Source of the DNA: a virus
Taxonomy: Duplodnaviria; Heunggongvirae; Uroviricota; Caudoviricetes
DNA: 64,000 nucleotides
Virus record (IMG/VR): IMGVR_UViG_3300043425_000245
Strand: one strand, 5' to 3'
Each line of letters begins with the position of its first letter. The stretch's first letter is position 1. The notes beneath the pieces are model-generated. The model ran no database searches. It was not told the origin of the DNA and saw only the letters and a list, made by a program, of their open reading frames with translations. Made by a program: the position numbers and the translations under genes. Positions 53,795-62,731 of the stretch are shown here, piece after piece.

Positions 53795-54502
53795 ATGAAT
53801 TTCCTAGAACAATCTAACTTTGACTGGATGGAAATGCTCAACTTCACTGAGCGTCCATTCCGAGCTAAACTCAACCCATCAAAAATATGGAGAGACCTAG
53901 ACGAGTATGAAAATAACTCCGTCGGTCTCTCCAACTACTTTAAGAAGTGGAGAACTAAAGTAGAGTTCAGACAACCTCTGAAGAAATCGTGGTCAAAATA
54001 CGTTGCTGTCGGTGGCGAGTATTCTCCAGATGACCGTCAATGTTGTATCCAGATATATTCTTTTGACTTCGATAAACATAAATTTGAAGTCAAGACTTGG
54101 AACAAATTCAAGTATCGTGTCATACAAACCTTAATGCATGAGATGATCCACTTCATGCAGTACGATCGTCGCAATGACGAGTACAGTAATTATGTCCTGC
54201 CGCACAAGAAGGTTGGACACTCTCTAAAAGACGCTGAACGTTCATACCTATCTGAGTTTGATGAGATACAAGCATACGCTCATTGTGTCTATCTAGACTT
54301 TAAAATGAACAGACCAAACGTTTCATTAGAAACTTTATTGGCCAGAGTCAATAACAAACGAGACTCTTCAACGCTACATTATATCCTTAAGACCTTTGAT
54401 TACGATTTTAAAAACAATTATGCCATACCAAAACTAATGCAGCATATTGTTAAGTGGGATAGGAAATATAAACTAAATAGTCAGTATGTCAATAAGGGAT
54501 AG
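53795..54502 (+). CDS. HExxH zinc-metallopeptidase-like protein
   Basis: LMHEMIHFMQYD HExxH motif. No further family assignment. Confidence 0.4.
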   Translation: MNFLEQSNFDWMEMLNFTERPFRAKLNPSKIWRDLDEYENNSVGLSNYFKKWRTKVEFRQPLKKSWSKYVAVGGEYSPDDRQCCIQIYSFDFDKHKFEVKTWNKFKYRVIQTLMHEMIHFMQYDRRNDEYSNYVLPHKKVGHSLKDAERSYLSEFDEIQAYAHCVYLDFKMNRPNVSLETLLARVNNKRDSSTLHYILKTFDYDFKNNYAIPKLMQHIVKWDRKYKLNSQYVNKG

Positions 54503-54504
54503 TA

Positions 54505-55830
54505 ATGGCTAAACTGGCTGTAAAAGATTTTAAAGGTAAGCACGGCGAAACACGTATCATTGCCCTGCTTGAAAAACTGATTGAAGGTGTAAAATCTCCG
54601 TTTACCACTGCGGACGGTAAACAACAACCATTCAACCGAATCTCTTATCCAGACCCACGTACTGGTAAACTAGTTTCTAAGAACGCACTTGACTTGGCAG
54701 ACTCTGCTGACATCGCCAACGTTATTCGAGCAGGTTCAGTTTCATTTAAACAAATCAACTTAACGTATGAACGAAACGGGCAAGTTTCTGCTCTAGTACC
54801 TCTGAGTGATATCATGAAGACCGAAGACTTCGGTGGTAAGAGCAACCGTGGTGATATGGCTGAGATTATCTTTAGCGCAGCTATTGCTTGCCGATTCTTA
54901 AATAAGAACCAAGCTGTTATTGATAGTGACGTATTGGATATGATCAAACGTCTTAACGATACTGACACAAGACAGGTTATTGGTCCACTAAAATCGCCAA
55001 ACAAAGAACCAAAGGTTGTTGATGATTTGTACTGGGAAGTAAACTCTGCGCTTATTAACATTAAAGCGTTGAAGAACCCTCGACATATCAAGAACTTGAA
55101 AAGTATTATTAACTCCAGCGTTAAGTACGCCAACTCAACTACTGTTGCTGCAAACGCAAAAGTTGTTTATGAAAACAGCTTATATAACAGGATAGAAGTA
55201 AAAGCAATTGGTGTAGTTGCACAGAATGACACCAAGGTTGACGTTTACGTTGAAATTGATAATAAGAAAGTTAATATCAACGTTTCGCTAAAAGCAGCTG
55301 GCGCAAAACAATTTGGCCAAGTTGGTGGTGGTGGTTTAGATAAACAAAAAGACCTTTGGGAAACTCTCTTAGATTTAAAAGTCTCGCCAGCTTTAGAAAA
55401 GAAATATTACATGGTTCTGAAATCAGACGGATTAATTGCAGCAAATACTGAGGTGTACAAAGGTATGGTTGCTGAGTTCAACCGCAAGATGACTTCCAAC
55501 CAAGAGGCAGTTTACAATAGCCTTGCTGATGGTCTAATGTATTTTGGAACAAGGAATGATCCAACAGTGGATATGGTATCATTAAGCAACAAAGAGGCTA
55601 TGATTTATAAGTTTGGTAACTTATCTCAAGCTCTAAGGCTAAAGAACCGAGAACTAAAAGCAGTTTTTGTTTCTAATAAAAGTAAACCAGAAGTGAGATT
55701 TCAAGACGTGAAAACAGGTTCTATCTTATTCACCGTTAGACTAAAGGGTGAAACAAAGAACAACTATGTTCGCCACTATATTGAAAAGGGTAAGATGATG
55801 ACAGAACTAGTTGGTTTGGTCGCAGCCTAA
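54505..55830 (+). CDS. Hypothetical protein
   Basis: 441-aa ORF. No recognisable motif. Confidence 0.4.
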   Translation: MAKLAVKDFKGKHGETRIIALLEKLIEGVKSPFTTADGKQQPFNRISYPDPRTGKLVSKNALDLADSADIANVIRAGSVSFKQINLTYERNGQVSALVPLSDIMKTEDFGGKSNRGDMAEIIFSAAIACRFLNKNQAVIDSDVLDMIKRLNDTDTRQVIGPLKSPNKEPKVVDDLYWEVNSALINIKALKNPRHIKNLKSIINSSVKYANSTTVAANAKVVYENSLYNRIEVKAIGVVAQNDTKVDVYVEIDNKKVNINVSLKAAGAKQFGQVGGGGLDKQKDLWETLLDLKVSPALEKKYYMVLKSDGLIAANTEVYKGMVAEFNRKMTSNQEAVYNSLADGLMYFGTRNDPTVDMVSLSNKEAMIYKFGNLSQALRLKNRELKAVFVSNKSKPEVRFQDVKTGSILFTVRLKGETKNNYVRHYIEKGKMMTELVGLVAA

Positions 55831-55866
55831 ATATAAAGATATATTGATGGATCAAAAGGAATTCTA

Positions 55867-57102
55867 ATGTTAAATTTTAAAAGTTTCTTAAAGGAATCGC
55901 TTCTCCAAGAAGAGTTGCTCCTAGAAGCTAATCATACTAAAGATGTTGAAAACGACGACAAGGGTAAAATGCACGAACTACTTCTAGCGAAGTATCTTCA
56001 CCCTGATTCAACTCTTCCAGAACATCACCGCTCAGAGTCTGAAAACGAAGACCACGCTGGTACTCCAACTCAAGTTCACGATCGTCTTAAGAAAAAGATG
56101 GGTGACGCTGCATACTCTCAGATCGACGAACACGCAAAACAAACTGCTAAATCTATTCACGCTCACCTGAAGTCAGCTGGACACGTTGGTGAAGGGCAAC
56201 ACATCGGGCGAGTATTCTGGACATCAAACGCTGATAAGCCAGGAAAGCCAGGAGACCACGAAAAGACTACTGGTGTTAAAGACGTAAACTCCAACGCTGA
56301 CGTTATTGTTCGTGTCCACGATAAAGACGGTAAGACTGTTGGTCACGTTGGTGTATCTGCCAAGTATGGTTCACATAAACCAAACTATCGCAATCCTGGT
56401 CTAGATTCTATGGAGAAGACTGCTGGTCTTCAAAAGGGTTCTTTAAAGAAGCTATCCGACAACCACCATGCGCATATGGAAGAACTTGGTTACAATGGTC
56501 CAGCGACTCAACGTCACATTCAATACAAAATTGATAAGATGGGTATTGATAAGGCTCGTGCTGAACACTCTAAGTTTGAAGGTTTGTTGGCAAAGGGTAA
56601 GACCCTAAGTTCAAAGAATAAAGTCACACACGAACATCTTGCAAAATACATTTCTGCGCATGACGCATTAAAGCCTACTGAACAAGCAGCGTTTGAACAG
56701 AAAGCTCAGACAAGAGCAGCGACTGCCGAGGTATCAGCGCTGCACGCTAAACGTGCCATGGCTAAACACTTCTCTGAAAGTATGGCTAAGAAGTCTGATG
56801 ATGAGTTACGTGATATTGTTCGTCAACACGTATCCGCACCAACTCATATCCCGCATATCGTTGCTCACTCCAAAGTAAAAGATAGTGGTGATGCTGAATC
56901 GCACGTTGTTCCATCACACAGTATTGCGGATGATCACTTAGCCAACTTTGATAAGCTACACGTTGTACACAATGGCGGTATCTCTACTGTGATCAAAGGT
57001 GTCCATAAGAAGACTGGTAAAGTAACAAACGTTGGTTCTTTCACCATGAAGGGTTCTTCTGGTCCACACAAAGGTGTCGCTGGCACATTCTCATTGAGCT
57101 AA
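55867..57102 (+). CDS. Candidate capsid-targeted internal protein A (His-rich)
   Basis: N-terminus MLNFKSFLKE fits the T4 capsid targeting sequence pattern (T4 IPIII MKTYQEFIAE) and ends with a gp21-type L-x-E cleavage site. About 9% His. A TATAAAGA/CTAAATA box lies at 55827-55839. Confidence 0.5.
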   Translation: MLNFKSFLKESLLQEELLLEANHTKDVENDDKGKMHELLLAKYLHPDSTLPEHHRSESENEDHAGTPTQVHDRLKKKMGDAAYSQIDEHAKQTAKSIHAHLKSAGHVGEGQHIGRVFWTSNADKPGKPGDHEKTTGVKDVNSNADVIVRVHDKDGKTVGHVGVSAKYGSHKPNYRNPGLDSMEKTAGLQKGSLKKLSDNHHAHMEELGYNGPATQRHIQYKIDKMGIDKARAEHSKFEGLLAKGKTLSSKNKVTHEHLAKYISAHDALKPTEQAAFEQKAQTRAATAEVSALHAKRAMAKHFSESMAKKSDDELRDIVRQHVSAPTHIPHIVAHSKVKDSGDAESHVVPSHSIADDHLANFDKLHVVHNGGISTVIKGVHKKTGKVTNVGSFTMKGSSGPHKGVAGTFSLS

Positions 57103-57103
57103 T

Positions 57104-58882
57104 ATGATCAATTTTCTAAATTTCTTATTAGAAGCTGAAGAGGAAGGTGCTAAACTAAAGCACATTCACCACGCTGAAGACCGTCCACTTCTACACGGAG
57201 AAGATGGCTTTGAACACGCTTATGGTGCTCTTCAAGCAGCGCACCATCACACTGTACAAGGGCTTCAGTCTCATAAGATGACAATGAAGTATGATGGTTC
57301 TCCATCAGTTGTGTTTGGTCACCACCCCGAGAACGGTAAGTTCTTTGTGGCATCTAAGTCAGCGTTCAATAAGAACCCAAAGATTAACTACACTCCAGAA
57401 GATGTAGATGCTAACCACGGACATGCTCCTGGTCTAGCCGATAAGCTAAAGTCTGCTCTTAAGCACTTCCCTAAAGTTTCTCCAAAGTCTGGTGTATATC
57501 AAGGCGACTTGATGTTTACTCACGATGACTTAAAGAAGAAAGGTGATAAGGTTTCGTTCACACCTAACACTATCACTTATACAGCCAAGGGTGATAAGGC
57601 TGAAGCTATTAAGAAGTCTAAGATTGGTGTAGTTGTTCATACCAAATACGAAGGTGATAAACTAAGCAGCATGTCTGCTCACCATAACGTTTCCGGAAGT
57701 GATTTCGGTCAACACCCAGACGTATTCCATCACACTGCTGATTATGATGCTTCTGGGGCTCACTATTCTAAGCAGTCTCAAGATTCGTTTAACAAACATA
57801 TGTCCGCTGCTCGTGCTATTCACGCTGAGCATAAGGGTAAGATGTACAAAGCTACATCTATGCACCATGGAGACGGTGGACATCTAGCCACATACATCAA
57901 CCAAACTGTGCGCGAAGGTACTACACCAGACGCTGAAGGTTTGAAGACTCATATCGCTGGTAAGTATGAGAAGATGGTTTCTAAGCTAAAGACTGAAAAA
58001 GCTCAGAACGCTAAACTGGATGAACTAAAAGGTCACTTGGATCATATCAAGAAGAACCAAGGTCACTACGATAACCTATTGAAGATGCACGGTCACCTTC
58101 AGTCTGCCAAGAACGAACTTGTTAAGTCTCTAGAATCTAACGAAGGTTCTTACGAACACGCTATCAATGGCGAGGCTTCTAAACCTGAAGGCTTCGTTTA
58201 TAACCATACACATAATGGTGTTACAGAACCTACTAAGCTGGTCAACCGTGCAGAGTTTGCCCGTCAAAACTTATTGAAGGCTCGTACTCCTTCAAAAGAA
58301 GCTGTTGAGAAGCATGGCGTTCTAGCCTTTGGTCGTATGAACCCGCCAACTGTTGGTCATGAACAAGTTATCAACAAAGTCAAAGAAGTAGCCAAAGCTC
58401 ACAACGGTGATCATAAGGTTGTTCTATCACATAGCCATGATGAAAAGAAAAACCCTTTACCTGCTGATGTTAAAGTAACACACGCTCGTAATGCTTTCCC
58501 AGGAACAAACATTGAAGCTGCTTCTAAAGAGAAGCCAACTATTCTTCACCATGCTGCTGACATGTACGCTAAAGGTACTCGTCACTTACACGTTGTTGCT
58601 GGTTCTGATCGTACAGAAGAATACGAAAAGTTACTGAATAAGTATAACGACGGTTCTGAACATAAACACGGCGCATACAAGTTCAAGTCAATCACAGTTC
58701 ACTCGTCTGGTGAACGTGACCCAGACGCTGAGGGTACTGCTGGAGTATCAGGTACTAAGATGCGCGAATTAGCAGCTGCTGGAAAACAAAAAGAGTTCCA
58801 CGCTGGTTTACCAACACACATGAAAGACTTACACAAGTCTGCTCTTTATAATGATTTAAGAAAACATATGGGGGCAAAATGA
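57104..58882 (+). CDS. Candidate internal protein B: KxDG (RNA/DNA-ligase-like) N-domain fused to HxGH nucleotidyltransferase domain
   Basis: N-terminus MINFLNFLLE (CTS-like). Motif-I-like MKYDGSPSVVFG. C-terminal region AFGRMNPPTVGHEQ (NadM/NMNAT-like GRFxPxHxGH variant). Confidence 0.5.
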   Translation: MINFLNFLLEAEEEGAKLKHIHHAEDRPLLHGEDGFEHAYGALQAAHHHTVQGLQSHKMTMKYDGSPSVVFGHHPENGKFFVASKSAFNKNPKINYTPEDVDANHGHAPGLADKLKSALKHFPKVSPKSGVYQGDLMFTHDDLKKKGDKVSFTPNTITYTAKGDKAEAIKKSKIGVVVHTKYEGDKLSSMSAHHNVSGSDFGQHPDVFHHTADYDASGAHYSKQSQDSFNKHMSAARAIHAEHKGKMYKATSMHHGDGGHLATYINQTVREGTTPDAEGLKTHIAGKYEKMVSKLKTEKAQNAKLDELKGHLDHIKKNQGHYDNLLKMHGHLQSAKNELVKSLESNEGSYEHAINGEASKPEGFVYNHTHNGVTEPTKLVNRAEFARQNLLKARTPSKEAVEKHGVLAFGRMNPPTVGHEQVINKVKEVAKAHNGDHKVVLSHSHDEKKNPLPADVKVTHARNAFPGTNIEAASKEKPTILHHAADMYAKGTRHLHVVAGSDRTEEYEKLLNKYNDGSEHKHGAYKFKSITVHSSGERDPDAEGTAGVSGTKMRELAAAGKQKEFHAGLPTHMKDLHKSALYNDLRKHMGAK

Positions 58883-59280
58883 TTTCGTTTAAAGACTACC
58901 TAGAAGAAAAGAAAAAAGATCCATGCTGGACTGGTTATGAAGCCATCGGTATGAAAGAAAAGAACGGTAAGAAAGTTCCAAACTGCGTTCCAGTTAAAGA
59001 AGAAAACGAACTGGATGAAGCAGCAACTGCAGACGGCAAAGGTCATAAGTCTGCAACTGGTGGTCTTACTCAAAAGGGTCGCGATGCTTACAATCGCGAA
59101 CACGGTAGCAACCTAAAGGCACCTGTAACTACTCCACCTTCTAAACTAAAGAAGGGCAGCAAAGCTGCTAACCGTCGCAAGTCTTTCTGTGCACGTATGT
59201 CTGGCGTAGATGGTCCAATGAAGAAACCAAATGGCGAACCTACTCGAAAGGCTCTTGCCTTAAGAAAGTGGAACTGCTGA
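58879..59280 (+). CDS. Candidate internal protein C (small, basic)
   Basis: N-terminus MISFKDYLEE (CTS-like). Lys/Arg-rich. Confidence 0.45.
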   Translation: MISFKDYLEEKKKDPCWTGYEAIGMKEKNGKKVPNCVPVKEENELDEAATADGKGHKSATGGLTQKGRDAYNREHGSNLKAPVTTPPSKLKKGSKAANRRKSFCARMSGVDGPMKKPNGEPTRKALALRKWNC

Positions 59281-59319
59281 TACGCTAAATAATACTGTTA
59301 CTAATTATTGATGGATTAA

Positions 59320-61800
59320 ATGAAGAACTATAAAGAACTCCTAAGCGAGCTACCATCCAAGTCCGTGGTTTTCACATGCGGAAGATTCAATCCCCCTAAC
59401 GTGGGTCATGAGCTTGAGATCAAGGTAGTCCGTAAATTAGCGAGTCAGCGCAAAGCTGATCACTTCATTTTTGTATCTTCGGTACAAGACGCTAAAAAGA
59501 ATCCATTAGAAATTAGTAAAAAGATGCAGTATTTGGGAAGTCTATTCCCAAATACAAAATTCGTACATAAAGAGATAGATACTATCGGCTCTGTCCTTAA
59601 AAAGTACAAGAGTGTTACTTTAGTGACCCCAACTGATAACGTTGAATACTATAAGAAAGCGTTGAAGAAAGTTGGTATCACTGATGTTGAGATTGTTAAG
59701 GCTGGAGATACTTGCCCTGATGAAGACGACAAGCTATTGAAGTTGGCATCAAAGGGTGAATTTGTATCGTTTAAAAACAGTCTACCAACAACAGTCAGAG
59801 AATTAGACGGTAAGCGTCTAATGAATGATATTCGTATTGGCTTGAACCTTGAGCCAATCAGAGAACAAATTAACTTGGTTAAGGACGACCTGCGTGAACA
59901 GTATTTCCGTGGTGAGATTTTTAACGAAGGTGATATCGTTGAAAGCGATAATACAGTATATAAAATTATCAAACGTGGCTCTAATCATTTGCTGTTACAG
60001 AATGAAGCTGGTTTAAAAGTGAGTAAATGGATTCAAGACGTACAACTAACCGAAAGAGAATTTATGTTAGACGAAAAACTATTACAAGAAGCTGACGCTG
60101 CTGCAGCCACTGGTTTGGCCACTGGTAACAAAGAAGCTAAGAAAGCACAAGCTGATACAGAGAAGATGAAACTTGCTCTTGATCAAGCCAAGGAAAAAGA
60201 AGACCTAGCCAAGCAACAAGAACGCGAGCGCCAGAATCTTAAGAACATCCCAGAAGAATGCGGTTGCAAAGATTCTCCAGTTGTTGATAAGTCTAAGAAG
60301 TATAACATCGCTAAGTCTATCATGAGTCTAAGTGACTTCCGTAAGTCTACTGGTCAAATGACTAAAGATGAGACTGAGATTGCTGATAAAGTAAAAGATG
60401 GTCTAGTTGGTAACTCTCACTTACATACTGACCACAGTATGCGTCACCGTAAAGTAAAGTATCACTTGGGTGAAGGTAACGGCTACGATGATAACCGTAC
60501 TGGATTTGCTAAGAAGCCTCGCGAAGACGATGAGTACCACAACGAACCAAAACCAAAGTTCAAAGCTAAGTCTCTGTTAGATCGTCCACACACTGTTCAC
60601 ATTGACGGCAAGCCATGGAAGAAGTTCGACAACGGTCACCAAGCCCAAGCTGCCGCTAAGACGCTACGTGCTAAAGGTAAGAAAGCTAATGCTATCGCTC
60701 ACTTCAGAGAAGAAGTTGTGAATGAAGTTAACAAACATTCAACTCTTGGTAGGATTCTTCGTGGTCATGAGTTGAAGAAAAAGGTAGATTCTTCTTTTGA
60801 AAAGATCGGTGACGCCCAAAAGAAAGGTGTTGATGGTAGCAAAGCATTTAGAGACCATGAGCGATACGCTAACCTAGAACGTCCAGGCACTTGGACAAAG
60901 GTTAAAGAAGAAACTGATGAGCAACAAGCTACTCGTACTGCTCAACTAAAGCGTTTCAAAGATCAAGCTAAAGAATCTAAGCTAACTGAAGCACAAGTTG
61001 ATGAAGCAGTAAAGACAAAGGTTAAAACTGTGAACGTTGATAAAGTTCACACAGCTGGTCAAGAACCTCACGAAGAAAAGTTTGAGACAGTTAAAGAAGA
61101 AGCTGTAACTGAGGGGTATTTTGTTCATAGAGAAAAAGATACAAAGTTACACTTTAATACAGTAGCTCAGTTAAGACAATCTAAAACACCTTCTCATTTA
61201 AAAGTTACAGATCATAAACACAACCATTTAGGTACTGTTGCTGACGTTTTGAGAAATCAAACTTTATATAAAACCGAAGAAACTGAATTTGATGACATCG
61301 ATGATAATGAATTAGCTTCTCTAGTTGAAGCTGATATGGATGCTTTAACTGAAGATGATTTCTTCGAAGCATATGATGATGAAGAACTAGCAATCATCGA
61401 CGATGAGACTGGCGAAGAAATCGAAGCCGTTGATTCAGTCACTGAAGAAGCTCTGATGGAAGTTCTATCTAGAGTTGAACGTATCCGTGCTAAAGCTCGC
61501 ATGCGTCGCAGTCAAACTAAGCGTGAGCGTAGAGAGAAGGTTGCTCTACGTCAACTATCAACACCGCAAGTAGCAAACAAGCGTGCTCGTCGTATGGCTG
61601 TTTCTGCTCTTAAGAAGCGTCTTCTAAGAGGACAAAATGCTTCTAAGATCTCCGTTGGTGAGAAAGAACGTGTTGAGCGTTTCATCCAACAACGTCGTAA
61701 AGTTGTAGACCGTCTAGCTGCACGTATGGTTTCTCGTGTTAAACAAGTAGAAAAAGCTCGTATGTCTCACAAGAAATATACTAAACCAGCAGGTATCTAA
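59320..61800 (+). CDS. Candidate internal protein D: HxGH nucleotidyltransferase domain plus long charged coiled-coil and basic tail
   Basis: N-terminus MKNYKELLSE (CTS-like). TCGRFNPPNVGHE nucleotidyltransferase motif paralogous to internal protein B. E/K-rich low-complexity centre. Arg-rich C-terminus. Confidence 0.5.
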   Translation: MKNYKELLSELPSKSVVFTCGRFNPPNVGHELEIKVVRKLASQRKADHFIFVSSVQDAKKNPLEISKKMQYLGSLFPNTKFVHKEIDTIGSVLKKYKSVTLVTPTDNVEYYKKALKKVGITDVEIVKAGDTCPDEDDKLLKLASKGEFVSFKNSLPTTVRELDGKRLMNDIRIGLNLEPIREQINLVKDDLREQYFRGEIFNEGDIVESDNTVYKIIKRGSNHLLLQNEAGLKVSKWIQDVQLTEREFMLDEKLLQEADAAAATGLATGNKEAKKAQADTEKMKLALDQAKEKEDLAKQQERERQNLKNIPEECGCKDSPVVDKSKKYNIAKSIMSLSDFRKSTGQMTKDETEIADKVKDGLVGNSHLHTDHSMRHRKVKYHLGEGNGYDDNRTGFAKKPREDDEYHNEPKPKFKAKSLLDRPHTVHIDGKPWKKFDNGHQAQAAAKTLRAKGKKANAIAHFREEVVNEVNKHSTLGRILRGHELKKKVDSSFEKIGDAQKKGVDGSKAFRDHERYANLERPGTWTKVKEETDEQQATRTAQLKRFKDQAKESKLTEAQVDEAVKTKVKTVNVDKVHTAGQEPHEEKFETVKEEAVTEGYFVHREKDTKLHFNTVAQLRQSKTPSHLKVTDHKHNHLGTVADVLRNQTLYKTEETEFDDIDDNELASLVEADMDALTEDDFFEAYDDEELAIIDDETGEEIEAVDSVTEEALMEVLSRVERIRAKARMRRSQTKRERREKVALRQLSTPQVANKRARRMAVSALKKRLLRGQNASKISVGEKERVERFIQQRRKVVDRLAARMVSRVKQVEKARMSHKKYTKPAGI

Positions 61801-61802
61801 TA

Positions 61803-62288
61803 ATGTCAAAAATTCATATCCTTAAAAACACAGAGACAGAAGCCGTTGTTAAGTTCTATACAATGGAGTCTGCTGGTGAAACTCTTGACCTAAGTCTAAG
61901 CACTTGGTTGACTACTCCTACGCAAGTGTATGTCGCTGGCGCAGGCGATTCTTCAGAATCTGACGGACACTTTGCTCAGTATACAGGTTCACATGTTTAC
62001 ATTACTGGTATCTGGTGGGGTCTTAAGAAAGACAAACAACTTGATATCACTCGTATTTTAAACGGTGGTACTGGTTTGGTTCATAGCCATTACTTCTTTA
62101 CTAACTGCGGTCAACACGAGTTTGATCACCACGGTTTCGCTGATCGTATCTATGCCGATAAAGACTTTAGATTAGTATTTGATGGTCCAGGGCACTGTAT
62201 TCTTAAACTTCGTAAAATGGGTTGGACTTCTAAAGTTGAAACTTCTCAGTTCTCTATTTACGATAACACAACTGCAGTAGGAAGCTAA
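61803..62288 (+). CDS. Hypothetical protein, paralog of 16585..17013
   Basis: See the feature at 16585. Shared N-terminal and C-terminal blocks. Confidence 0.55.
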   Translation: MSKIHILKNTETEAVVKFYTMESAGETLDLSLSTWLTTPTQVYVAGAGDSSESDGHFAQYTGSHVYITGIWWGLKKDKQLDITRILNGGTGLVHSHYFFTNCGQHEFDHHGFADRIYADKDFRLVFDGPGHCILKLRKMGWTSKVETSQFSIYDNTTAVGS

Positions 62289-62289
62289 G

Positions 62290-62730
62290 ATGGAAGAACT
62301 AACCGCATCTCTACACATCGCTCTTGCTAATACGTTCGTTATGTATTTCAAGGCGCACTCTTATCACTGGAACGTTGAAGGTAGAGACTTCATTCAACAC
62401 CACGATTTCCTAAACGATCTGTACACAGAACTACATGATGCAGTTGACCCATCAGCTGAACGTATCCGTGTTATCAGTCAATATGCTCCGCATAGCCTTA
62501 AAGACCTTCTAGAGTCTTCAACTATTGAGGAAGACGCAGACGTACCTTCTTCTGCCGATGAGATGTTCCAAAACCTTTTAGATGCAAACTCTAAAGTGAT
62601 CGATAGCCTAAATAAAGTATTCGAGTTAGCAACAGCAGCTAATAAGCAAGGTATTGCCGATTTTGCAGCTTCTCGCTTAGATACTCACGATAAACATGGT
62701 TGGTTCTTGAAATCAATCTTAAAGGGTTAA
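62290..62730 (+). CDS. Dps-like ferritin-fold protein (DNA protection during starvation family)
   Basis: FVMYFKAHSYHWNVEGRDFIQHHDFLNDLYTELHDAVDPSAERIRVISQ matches Dps [45 protein letters not shown]. C-terminus DKHGWFLKSIL matches DKFLWFIESNI. Confidence 0.7.
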   Translation: MEELTASLHIALANTFVMYFKAHSYHWNVEGRDFIQHHDFLNDLYTELHDAVDPSAERIRVISQYAPHSLKDLLESSTIEEDADVPSSADEMFQNLLDANSKVIDSLNKVFELATAANKQGIADFAASRLDTHDKHGWFLKSILKG

Positions 62731-62731
62731 T

